From a virus (lineage: Duplodnaviria > Caudoviricetes), in IMG/VR virus record IMGVR_UViG_3300032897_000004, positions 1-60,678 of that record: DNA of 60,678 bases, one strand, 5' to 3'. Below are positions 46,261-53,886 of this stretch, piece after piece. Under the pieces are notes generated by a model. It was not told where the DNA came from. It made no database searches and was given only the letters and a program-made list of their open reading frames with translations. Each line of letters begins with the position of its first letter. Position 1 is the first letter of the stretch. The translations under genes and the position numbers were made by a program.

Positions 46261-46464
46261 ATGGCAACCAGTGCAGTGCCGAAGGAACTAAAGTCAATGG
46301 TCAAGGAAGCCCAGGATAATGGCTGGGAACTAAGCGGCGGCGGTCGACGCCACTTCAAGCTCTCGAAGGGCGGCACCATCATCGTGATGGCGTCCTCGGG
46401 CAGCGATTGGCGCGGCGTGCATCAGACCCGTGCCCGCCTGCGACGAGTGGGAGCTATCCGGTGA
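46261..46464 (+). CDS. HicA-like (dsRBD-fold) protein
   Basis: KELKSMVKEAQDNGW...GRRHFKL...SSGSD.R, like HicA-like actinophage proteins; SD aggaggag. Confidence 0.6.
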   Translation: MATSAVPKELKSMVKEAQDNGWELSGGGRRHFKLSKGGTIIVMASSGSDWRGVHQTRARLRRVGAIR

Positions 46465-46646
46465 ACACAGTCTACGCGCCGATGCGCAAGCATCGTGGTC
46501 CACATGAGGTATGGCACATCGTCGTCTCTGGGACGACGGCCTGTGGCCTGCGCGTCCGTAAGAACAATTGGCGGCAGCTCAAGAAGCCCGAGAAGAACAT
46601 CTGCGAAGCATGCAAGCTGGCGGACAACTCATGGAAGGCAAAATGA
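46461..46646 (+). CDS. Small Zn-binding protein
   Basis: WH...TACG...CEAC. Confidence 0.6.
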   Translation: MNTVYAPMRKHRGPHEVWHIVVSGTTACGLRVRKNNWRQLKKPEKNICEACKLADNSWKAK

Positions 46647-46822
46647 AACAGCCGAACGAAGAGCAGAAGCTGAAGGTCTGTCCGGTCAATCACTGGTCGA
46701 GGTGCCCCGCTATGGTGCACTCCGTGGAGCAGCCCTGCAGGGGCTGCCAGGGTTGTTGGCTCGACAAGCTCATCCTGCAGTGCAGCAAGGAAGCGGCAGA
46801 ACGGGCGCGGGGCGATGAGTAA
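46643..46822 (+). CDS. Small Cys-rich protein
   Basis: ATGA coupling, six Cys. Confidence 0.5.
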   Translation: MKQPNEEQKLKVCPVNHWSRCPAMVHSVEQPCRGCQGCWLDKLILQCSKEAAERARGDE

Positions 46823-47225
46823 ACCCGTCAGGAAGCGTTACCGCTGGTACATCAACTATGACGGCACGTACAAGAGCCGCTATGGCAATTGGTACGGTCA
46901 TGGCATGGGAGACCTTCCCGAGCTGCCGTCCGAACCTCTCCTTTGTAGCTGGGGCTGGCACTTCATGACGACGGCCGATGGCGTGCTGGAGCATGCTCCT
47001 CGTAGTTGCTTCGGCAGGATGGAACTCTGGGAAGTCGAACTCTACGGCAGCGGCAAGACAACGCGGGCTCTGTATGGAAAGGCCGCAACGACCCGTGGCG
47101 TGCGCCATGTCAAGCTCGTTTACTCCTCGCCTGTATCGCTGAGCTATGGTAAATTGATGAAGGCTCTGGAGGAGAACGGAACAAAGGTATACGCGAGCGA
47201 CAGGTCGCACTACTCGGATTATTAG
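46815..47225 (+). CDS. Hypothetical protein (P.LC..G.H motif)
   Basis: EPLLCSWGWHF...LWEVE. Confidence 0.6.
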   Translation: MSKPVRKRYRWYINYDGTYKSRYGNWYGHGMGDLPELPSEPLLCSWGWHFMTTADGVLEHAPRSCFGRMELWEVELYGSGKTTRALYGKAATTRGVRHVKLVYSSPVSLSYGKLMKALEENGTKVYASDRSHYSDY

Positions 47226-47232
47226 ACCTTTA

Positions 47233-47268
47233 GGGGGTCTGCCCGGATAGGAGACAGGCAGGCCCCCC
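47233..47268. terminator. Hairpin between convergent genes
   Basis: gggggtctgcc...ggcaggccccc. Confidence 0.6.
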
Positions 47269-47273
47269 AAACT

Positions 47274-48179
47274 TCACTCGAAGGACTGCGCGGCCAGCTG
47301 TTGCTTGTACCACTCGGGCAGACCGGCGGTGGCCTTCCGCAGGATTTCCTTGTGGAAGTTCTTCCACATCCATTCCATGATGTCCTGCTGCTCCTCCGCG
47401 ATAAGGTCCTCGTTCACGGTCCTCATGAGCGCGCCGATATCGCGAGGCGAGCCCTCCAGTAGGCCCTCATCACGGAGGTGCTGGACCGCCTTCTGCCAGC
47501 GCGCCTCGGTGCGGAAGCTCTCGACGAAGTCCTCCCAGTGACCCTTGCTGGTGTGCTCCTTCTTCCAGCTATCGCGGTGGACTTCCTTGAACTTCTCGGA
47601 CACCAGCTTGCCGCACATGATAGGCATGGGGTGGCCCTGCTCGCCACCAAGCATCCAGGGTGTGTAGCGCTTGCAGACGACGCCCTCAATCTTTGGACCG
47701 CCGAGATAGCTCTCCCGGTCAAAGAATGCGGTGAGCTGTTCCATCGAGTCCACCATGCCCTCATAGAGCCGCGGTACGACGTCGATGCCGAGGAACTTGG
47801 CCTCGTCGCAGAGGGTGGGGTAGTCGAAGAACCTCTCGTAGGCCGAACAGCCGAAGAGCGCGAGATGGTTGGTCGGCACGCGGTCATACTTTAGCGCGTT
47901 GTGCTTCGGCTTTTTGAGGTACTCGCAGTAGTAGACGACGTTAGGCGCGAGTAGGCCGCGATGAAAGAGGTCGAGAGCATGCTCAGCGCCCTCCTTGAAC
48001 ATCGTATCAATAGCGCCCTCGAACATCTCCTTGCCCTTCGAGCGCATGTGCAGGGTGCCATCAATGAGACCGAAGACGAACTGTGAGCCGTCGACCTTCT
48101 CGGTGACCTCGACGGGCTCTTTGAACAGGTCCTTGATATAGCCCTGACCAATGGTGAAGATTTTGGGGAAGGCGTGCAT
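47274..48179 (-). CDS. ATP-dependent RNA ligase (Rnl2-like)
   Basis: Motif I TEKVDGSQ, YCEY, EGVV, GKLVSEKFKE. Confidence 0.85.
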   Translation of the reverse strand: MHAFPKIFTIGQGYIKDLFKEPVEVTEKVDGSQFVFGLIDGTLHMRSKGKEMFEGAIDTMFKEGAEHALDLFHRGLLAPNVVYYCEYLKKPKHNALKYDRVPTNHLALFGCSAYERFFDYPTLCDEAKFLGIDVVPRLYEGMVDSMEQLTAFFDRESYLGGPKIEGVVCKRYTPWMLGGEQGHPMPIMCGKLVSEKFKEVHRDSWKKEHTSKGHWEDFVESFRTEARWQKAVQHLRDEGLLEGSPRDIGALMRTVNEDLIAEEQQDIMEWMWKNFHKEILRKATAGLPEWYKQQLAAQSFE

Positions 48180-48331
48180 CAGTGCTTGTGCAAAATCCAG
48201 ACGCTAATGAGAGCGACGAGTAGCCCAAACACCCAAAGCGCGATGTAACCGACGAAGCAGATACACACAATCCAGATAAGGATTGTGAGCGCATGGACAA
48301 GGCCCGGGCTCATGGCGATAAGTGACATCAT
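48179..48331 (-). CDS. Small membrane protein
   Basis: Long hydrophobic stretch, coupled to the ligase gene. Confidence 0.5.
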   Translation of the reverse strand: MMSLIAMSPGLVHALTILIWIVCICFVGYIALWVFGLLVALISVWILHKH

Positions 48332-48681
48332 CTTTGTCCAACCTCCTTCAGGTACTCGACCGTCATGGGATAGCTCATCTCGCGATAGCCGATGCAAGAT
48401 GGCAGCTCGATAACGGGAATGTCAAGCGACTGTGCGATGCGAATCTCCGTATAGACGCCACTGGGAATGTTGCCCGACTCCGGTAGGGCGCGGAAGGCGA
48501 AGACCTCGCACTGGGTGACCAGGGCATGGGCATAGTCCATACCAAGCGTCTCCCAGTTGTGCTCGTGCTCCGGGGCGTTTGGGTTCAGCACCTCGAAGCC
48601 GAGAGACTCCAGCAGCGCGATGTCGCGCGCCTCCTGGGGCGTGTTGTACAGGGCCATGCAGTGGGCGTAGTAACACTTCAT
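48328..48681 (-). CDS. Nucleoside 2-deoxyribosyltransferase-like protein
   Basis: YYAH, EVLNP, SGVYTEIRIAQSLDIPV; ATG 48681. Confidence 0.6.
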   Translation of the reverse strand: MKCYYAHCMALYNTPQEARDIALLESLGFEVLNPNAPEHEHNWETLGMDYAHALVTQCEVFAFRALPESGNIPSGVYTEIRIAQSLDIPVIELPSCIGYREMSYPMTVEYLKEVGQR

Positions 48682-48683
48682 GT

Positions 48684-48893
48684 TCACTCCGCTGGTAGTA
48701 GGTAGTCCAGTACCTCGGGCCAGTGTCCTGCGTCCGCGAAGTACTTCTCTCGCATGCGCCAAATCAGGTCCCAATCGACCGGGGCGCGGGTCTTCAGGTG
48801 CGTTTGCCATGTCATGTTCTGAGCGCCCCAGCGCATACACCGCGCAGCGGGGTGGCACCAGTCCTGAAAGCAATCGCTCCAAACTAATCTCAT
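48684..48893 (-). CDS. Hypothetical protein
   Basis: Downstream of extended -10 TGtTATACT (48901-48909). Confidence 0.45.
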   Translation of the reverse strand: MRLVWSDCFQDWCHPAARCMRWGAQNMTWQTHLKTRAPVDWDLIWRMREKYFADAGHWPEVLDYLLPAE

Positions 48894-48959
48894 CCTTCGC
48901 AGTATAACACAGCCCGCCCGCGGTGTGATAACATGATGTCAGGCAACCAAGGAGATGCT

Positions 48960-49289
48960 ATGGCAGAAGCCCCCTTCGAACCCAATTCCTACGAGATGTG
49001 GTCCATCGTCGTCGATGACTTGGTCAGCAACATCTTGCAGCTGGCCCCCGGCTTCGACCCCGACGATATCAAGGACGACAACGACCTGAAGTGCCGCCTG
49101 CTTTCGAACCTCGTCGTCGTGCTCGCCCTGCGCTTCCGGGCCAACGAGCTGGAGGGCTGGGTGCGTGAGGCGAGCGGCGTCTCCGGGGAAGATATCGACC
49201 AGTTTCTGGCCGACATCGAGCAGGAGGGCCAGCGCGCCTTCGCCGAGTGGCAGCTTGAGCAGCGAGAGCAGGATGAGTCTGCCGAGTGA
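48960..49289 (+). CDS. Acidic hypothetical protein
   Basis: SD aaggag before ATG 48960. Confidence 0.65.
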   Translation: MAEAPFEPNSYEMWSIVVDDLVSNILQLAPGFDPDDIKDDNDLKCRLLSNLVVVLALRFRANELEGWVREASGVSGEDIDQFLADIEQEGQRAFAEWQLEQREQDESAE

Positions 49290-49360
49290 GATTATCATCG
49301 TCTGCTGCGCGACCATCGCGTTTCTTATCCTTGCGTTTCTGAAAGCAGTGAGGCACTGAC

Positions 49361-49567
49361 ATGGCTGAGACCGACGCCCGCAAGCAAATCTTGAACTACA
49401 TGGACATGCTCTGTGGTGAGATGCCCGATTCTAACTGCGAGAAGGGCTGCCCCCTTGCCGAGATGAAAAAGCAGGCCGGTAACGAGAACTGCCCGCTCGG
49501 CATTTGCGCCTTCCTTTTCACCGAGTATACTAAGCTGAAGGCACAGATTGACAGCCTGATGAACTGA
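49361..49567 (+). CDS. Cys-containing hypothetical protein
   Basis: C...CP...CP..IC. Confidence 0.55.
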   Translation: MAETDARKQILNYMDMLCGEMPDSNCEKGCPLAEMKKQAGNENCPLGICAFLFTEYTKLKAQIDSLMN

Positions 49568-49570
49568 GGC

Positions 49571-49840
49571 ATGATGCACTGGAACTACCGCATAGCGAAG
49601 CGTTTACACGGGAATGATGTATATTATACCATCGTCGAAGCATATTATGAGAACGACGAGGTTGACATGTACAGTGACGACTCGACCCCACTCGGCATCT
49701 ATGGCGAGGACCCCGAGGAGGTCGTCCGCGTGCTGGAGATGATGTTGGCGGACGCCGTCAAGGGTCCTGTCCTTGACCTCGACGAATTCGACGCGCAGCA
49801 TCCCCGTGACATCGAGGAGTCCGAAGAAGATGGCGATTGA
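49571..49840 (+). CDS. Conserved phage protein (WNYR motif)
   Basis: HWNYRI...IVEAYY...GE..EE....LEMM..D....PVL. Confidence 0.7.
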   Translation: MMHWNYRIAKRLHGNDVYYTIVEAYYENDEVDMYSDDSTPLGIYGEDPEEVVRVLEMMLADAVKGPVLDLDEFDAQHPRDIEESEEDGD

Positions 49841-50030
49841 CATCAACGCAATCTATGACCAGCTCGAATCCCACAAGTACGTTGACACGACCTTCGATGA
49901 AGAGTGCTACGAAGCACTGGCCGTCGATGACATGATTTCCTACCTCGTCAATGAGGTGCGTACCATCAATCGCCGCTATGAGGACCTGTTCATCGCCTAC
50001 TCCGAACTGCTGGAGGCCCGACAAAAGTGA
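49830..50030 (+). CDS. Hypothetical protein
   Basis: ATG 49830, coupled to the next gene. Confidence 0.55.
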   Translation: MAIDINAIYDQLESHKYVDTTFDEECYEALAVDDMISYLVNEVRTINRRYEDLFIAYSELLEARQK

Positions 50031-50542
50031 TTTACTTCACGAGCGACCTGCACATGGGTCATGAGAACATCATCAAATACTGCAACCGGCCCTTCCGCGA
50101 TGCGAACGAGATGGACAGAGTGCTCATCGAGAACATCTGCCAGACCGTCGGACCGAGCGACACGCTCTACGTGCTGGGCGACTTCTGCTTCGACCCGCGA
50201 CGCTTCGAGGCGTGGAACTGCTACCTGCAGGTCTTCATCGAGGACATCATCTACGTCAAAGGAAACCACGACCCCAAGGCCCGCCAGGACCCGCTGGCGC
50301 TCAGCCTGAAGTACAACAAGCACCGCTACTACCTCTGCCACTATCCCTGGGCCTCATGGAGGCCGCGGACCATCATGCTCCATGGACACTGCCATGGTCA
50401 TGCGCCCGACCCGAACCGCGACCCGCGGCAGCAGAACCGCTTCGACGTGGGTGTCGACTGCTGGGACTTCAGGCCGGTGAGCATCGACGAAATCGAGGCT
50501 CGCTGCATCTGGCCACCCCGCCAGGAGCGCGAGCGGGAGTGA
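50027..50542 (+). CDS. Calcineurin-like metallophosphoesterase
   Basis: FTSDLHMGH, LGD, GNHD, CHYP, HGHCH, DVGVD. Confidence 0.92.
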   Translation: MIYFTSDLHMGHENIIKYCNRPFRDANEMDRVLIENICQTVGPSDTLYVLGDFCFDPRRFEAWNCYLQVFIEDIIYVKGNHDPKARQDPLALSLKYNKHRYYLCHYPWASWRPRTIMLHGHCHGHAPDPNRDPRQQNRFDVGVDCWDFRPVSIDEIEARCIWPPRQERERE

Positions 50543-50745
50543 AGCCGTTCTGTCACAGATGCGGTAGGTTCCTCGACGATGTCAAAGTGGAGGAGAGCCA
50601 ACTCCGGGGCGAGTCTCGCACATGCCCGGACTGCCAGTACAGGTCGTTCTCTGGGTTTGACCGCTCGTTTATCCGGCGTGGAACGCTGTGTAATGGGATG
50701 CCTGTCCCAGTCCCCGTTAGCAAGCCCTGGGAAGAGTGCCTCTAG
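50539..50745 (+). CDS. Zn-finger protein ending ...PVSKPWEECL
   Basis: GTG 50539; CHRC...CPDC. Confidence 0.55.
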   Translation: MKPFCHRCGRFLDDVKVEESQLRGESRTCPDCQYRSFSGFDRSFIRRGTLCNGMPVPVPVSKPWEECL

Positions 50746-51155
50746 ACCTCGGTGAGGAACTCTAGCCAGCGTGTGCCGCGCTCCCCGTTGTCGAGATAGG
50801 CGAGGGAGTCCAACTCGACGACGACGGTGGGCAAGCCCATACGATGGGCCTCCCGTATCATGTCGCGCGTGCCGCGCGACCGCCTGCAGGCCAAGGCCAA
50901 GCAATGGGTGCCGTAGTGTGCCATCTCAATGTTGCGCTGGTGACCGGCGGCCTTATGGAAACGATGCCAGTCGGCCGGGAAGTGCTTGACCGGACACTTC
51001 TCCGTGGCCCAGAGCGCCCCGAGGGTATCCACCCCCGGGGCGTCGCCGCTGACCACCTCATCGGGCATGCCGTAGCGCTCCACGTAGGCGTCGATGATAG
51101 CAAAGACGACGCCGAGCTGGGTGAACAGGTGGTCGCCGCAGATGATGAGCTTCAC
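50742..51155 (-). CDS. SLOG-family (DUF2493/YspA-like) nucleotide-binding protein
   Basis: VVSGDAPGVD.LG..WA, FPADW...KAAG..RN.EM, SRGT.DMI. Confidence 0.85.
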   Translation of the reverse strand: MKLIICGDHLFTQLGVVFAIIDAYVERYGMPDEVVSGDAPGVDTLGALWATEKCPVKHFPADWHRFHKAAGHQRNIEMAHYGTHCLALACRRSRGTRDMIREAHRMGLPTVVVELDSLAYLDNGERGTRWLEFLTEV

Positions 51156-51388
51156 CGGACGATGACCTCCGGCACCCAGGGGTTCTCGCCAGCCGTGCGG
51201 AACCAGCGACGCTTGTCGTCTGCCCCCAGGCCGATGTGCGTGTCGGTGATGGCCGTACAGTCTCCCTCAGCGCAATGGTCGGTGGTCTGGTATTTGGTCT
51301 CGCTCGCGTACATCTGCGTGTCCACCGTGGTACGGCTCAGCAGGACGCGCTTGCCGAAGAAGCGAGCGTTTGGTGATTCCTCGCTCAC
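51152..51388 (-). CDS. Hypothetical protein
   Basis: GTG 51388, coupled. Confidence 0.5.
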   Translation of the reverse strand: MSEESPNARFFGKRVLLSRTTVDTQMYASETKYQTTDHCAEGDCTAITDTHIGLGADDKRRWFRTAGENPWVPEVIVR

Positions 51389-51882
51389 TGCTCGATTTCC
51401 TCGATGGTGTCGAAGTCGTCGCAGATGGCGTGCCAACGCGTTGCACCATCCAGCGAGAGCTTCACGGCGTGCGCGGTGACGGCGACGACGCGCCCCTCGG
51501 TGCAGTCGCCATCGTCGTCGATGACGAGCACGTTCTTGCCGAGGTACTGGGCATAGGGGCTTTTCTTCTCTGTCATGACAATCTCCAGGTCGTCGGGTTC
51601 GAAGTTGAAGGTCTCCACGATGTGGCCATCCTGGTAACGTAGCGGCTTGTCGAACCGCACGATGAGACCGAGGTAGTGCATCTTGTTCTTCTCGATGACG
51701 CCGGTCTCGTCGCCACGGAAGAAGGAATGGTCCTGTGCCGCACAGCGTACGATGACGCGCGTGCCGACCGGGAACTGCTCCCAGACGGCCGGGTTGATGT
51801 GGTGGATGTCCTGCAGGTACTGCGGACCGCCGTGGTCGACGCGACGCTCCTGGTTCAAGTCGTGGACGCTCTTCATCACCAA
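51385..51882 (-). CDS. Hypothetical two-domain (SH3/Sm-like) protein
   Basis: FPVGTRVIV; YLGKNVLV...EGRVVAV. Confidence 0.6.
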   Translation of the reverse strand: MVMKSVHDLNQERRVDHGGPQYLQDIHHINPAVWEQFPVGTRVIVRCAAQDHSFFRGDETGVIEKNKMHYLGLIVRFDKPLRYQDGHIVETFNFEPDDLEIVMTEKKSPYAQYLGKNVLVIDDDGDCTEGRVVAVTAHAVKLSLDGATRWHAICDDFDTIEEIEQ

Positions 51883-52037
51883 TAGAGCGCGGCGAAGAAG
51901 AGGAACACCATCGCGGTTGCTACGCCAATGGCGGCGTCGAGCCGCGAGATGGGCTTGCGCTCCCTGCCGATGAGCGCCACGCTACAGAAGGCGTTGGCGA
52001 TAAGCAGCACGGCGAAGACGACGATTACAGCGTGCAT
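51876..52037 (-). CDS. Small membrane protein, 53 aa
   Basis: MHAVIVVFAVLLIA..., SD ggaggaag. Confidence 0.55.
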   Translation of the reverse strand: MHAVIVVFAVLLIANAFCSVALIGRERKPISRLDAAIGVATAMVFLFFAALYW

Positions 52038-52038
52038 A

Positions 52039-52230
52039 TTATTCTTCCTCCTTGTATCCGGCCCATTTGTTCAGGCCCCAGACTCCGAAGTACAGGTCCC
52101 AGATGCCGAAGGCGACTTCGATGGTGCCCGACGTCCAGTGGTGCCCCGCCATGCCGAGCCCGCCCAGGACGCACAGATAGACGCCCAGCGCGAACAGGCA
52201 GATGGCGAAGAAGGGGAAACCTTTTGGCAT
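52039..52230 (-). CDS. Small membrane protein
   Basis: MPKGFPFFAICLF..., 2 TM, SD ggaggg. Confidence 0.55.
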   Translation of the reverse strand: MPKGFPFFAICLFALGVYLCVLGGLGMAGHHWTSGTIEVAFGIWDLYFGVWGLNKWAGYKEEE

Positions 52231-52293
52231 TGACAGCCCTCCGTGGTTGTGTATACTAACGGCAGGATAGCATCGTAGTAACCACCCTGTCAA
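52230..52293. promoter_or_regulatory. Overlapping bidirectional promoters: rightward TTGACA-N16-TATACT, leftward TTGACA-N18-TATCCT
   Basis: Read directly. Confidence 0.7.
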
Positions 52294-52302
52294 GGGAGAA
52301 CC

Positions 52303-52569
52303 ATGAGAGCACGGAAGAAGCCCGTCGAAGTCGAGTGTATCCGCTACGACCCGCCCAACAACTGCCACGAGGTCTGGGATTTCTGTGGTTGGGACTGGAA
52401 AGACCACGACCCCAGCGACTGCGGCCGTCATGCAGAGGTCTTGCTGGAGACATACAATGGCTTCGTTCCGGCTCACCCTGGCGATTACATCATCCGCGGC
52501 GTCGAGGGTGAGCTGTATCCCTGCGATGCCGACATCTTTGCCAAAACCTACGAAGTTGTGGAGGAATGA
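52303..52569 (+). CDS. Conserved phage protein (RKKPV..E / PGDYII family)
   Basis: RKKPVEVE...PGDYIIRGVEGELYPC...IF.KTYE. Confidence 0.85.
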   Translation: MRARKKPVEVECIRYDPPNNCHEVWDFCGWDWKDHDPSDCGRHAEVLLETYNGFVPAHPGDYIIRGVEGELYPCDADIFAKTYEVVEE

Positions 52570-52850
52570 TGAGCGTAGGTAAGTACCGTCAGCGCTGTAT
52601 CGAGCGCGTCGAGGCCATCCAGTACGATGGCACCAACCTTGAGGAAATCCACGAGTTCGCGGAGATGCGCGGCGCAAAGGTCTGGTGGAACGAGATGCAG
52701 AACTGCCCTGAGGTGACACCGGCTGGAGACCTCTTGGAGAAGAACGATTGGGTCGTCTGGAACGAGGAGATGCGTTATCTCTGCGTACTCTACCCGGAGG
52801 AGTTCAACGACTGCTACGTGCCCGACGGCAAGCCGTTCTTGGACGACTGA
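52566..52850 (+). CDS. Diverged paralogue of the PGDYII-family protein
   Basis: VEAIQYDGTN...NDWVV...EEF...Y. Confidence 0.65.
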   Translation: MMSVGKYRQRCIERVEAIQYDGTNLEEIHEFAEMRGAKVWWNEMQNCPEVTPAGDLLEKNDWVVWNEEMRYLCVLYPEEFNDCYVPDGKPFLDD

Positions 52851-52851
52851 G

Positions 52852-53196
52852 ATGGCGGAGCCCCGCTTCGAGAAGAAGCTCACACTGGAGCAGGTGCTCG
52901 CTATCGGCAAGGAGGCGCGCTGCGAGGACGTCGTCTTCGAGTGCACCTGGGTGTTCAAGGGGAAGGGCGATTCGGCCTATCCCATCATCACCGGCCAGAG
53001 CTGGCGCGAGGGGGTCAAGGATATCACCGGCAACGTGCTCGACTGTGATGCCACGAAGGAATCGTGGCTCTATCCCCTGCCGACCTACGGCTGGTACCAC
53101 CTCGGTCGCTGCCGCTGCAGAATCTGTGACCCCAATGCACATCGCAGGGAAAGGGAAAGAGTTGACGGACGCGGAAGTCATCACAAAGCTACGTGA
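52852..53196 (+). CDS. Hypothetical protein
   Basis: Contains Y..G.CRC..C. Confidence 0.5.
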   Translation: MAEPRFEKKLTLEQVLAIGKEARCEDVVFECTWVFKGKGDSAYPIITGQSWREGVKDITGNVLDCDATKESWLYPLPTYGWYHLGRCRCRICDPNAHRRERERVDGRGSHHKAT

Positions 53197-53497
53197 CGTG
53201 CTGGGCGGGCGACTCGTCGCCTTCCTCGCCGGAGTAGAGGACACGAAGGTCATCGGTCTCTGGGCAAAGGGCGACGAAGCGCCCGAACCCGAGACGTTCC
53301 TCAGGCTGTTCTTCACCTACAACAGCATCGTTAAGCCTCTGCTTGAGGTAGAGAGTCCCGAGAGTGTGAAGGCGTGGATGGAAAACCTCAACCCGATGCT
53401 TGACGATGTCTCCCCGGCTCGTGCCCTCGCCGAGGGTAACTGGGTGAGCTGGCAGCGCGTGCAGACGGCGATGCGCTTCTTCAGGTCCAATGGATAA
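53135..53497 (+). CDS. Xre/MbcA/ParS-like antitoxin-family protein
   Basis: LRDVLG.RLVA.LAGV......W..G...P....RL...VKAWM...NP.LDD.SPA; start 53135 or 53162. Confidence 0.65.
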   Translation: MHIAGKGKELTDAEVITKLRDVLGGRLVAFLAGVEDTKVIGLWAKGDEAPEPETFLRLFFTYNSIVKPLLEVESPESVKAWMENLNPMLDDVSPARALAEGNWVSWQRVQTAMRFFRSNG

Positions 53498-53699
53498 CCT
53501 GTACTACTGCCCCAACTGCAATTTCTGGGCCTATCTCGACATCATTGAAACCGACCGCGGCACACGCCACTGGCGTTGCAACAAGTGTAACCACCGCGGT
53601 GACATTCGTTATCACCTAGACGGCACGTCCTATCTTAGCGACCTGACGATGTTCAAGGACCTGCCGGTGCCGCCGAAGCCCTGGGGGGACAGCCTCTAA
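53490..53699 (+). CDS. Zn-ribbon protein ending KPWGDSL
   Basis: CPNC...CNKC. Confidence 0.6.
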   Translation: MDNLYYCPNCNFWAYLDIIETDRGTRHWRCNKCNHRGDIRYHLDGTSYLSDLTMFKDLPVPPKPWGDSL

Positions 53700-53882
53700 C
53701 ATGATAATCGGCGAACGCATCACGCTCATGAATGATTGCGAAATGGTCATAGTTCGTGTGAACCAGGATGACACATTCGACGCCCTGTCTCTTGACAACG
53801 GCCGTGTCTATCGTTATGGGAAAAACAAACCAATCAAGAGCAAGGTGCCACCGCAATCGGTCAAGCCCTGGGGGGACAGCCT
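53676..53882 (+). repeat. 20-bp direct repeat AAGCCCTGGGGGGACAGCCT (53676-53695 and 53863-53882)
   Basis: Identical copies at the 3' ends of consecutive genes. Confidence 0.9.
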
Positions 53883-53886
53883 GTGA
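53701..53886 (+). CDS. Small lower-GC protein ending KPWGDSL
   Basis: Flanked by the 20-bp direct repeat. Confidence 0.55.
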   Translation: MIIGERITLMNDCEMVIVRVNQDDTFDALSLDNGRVYRYGKNKPIKSKVPPQSVKPWGDSL

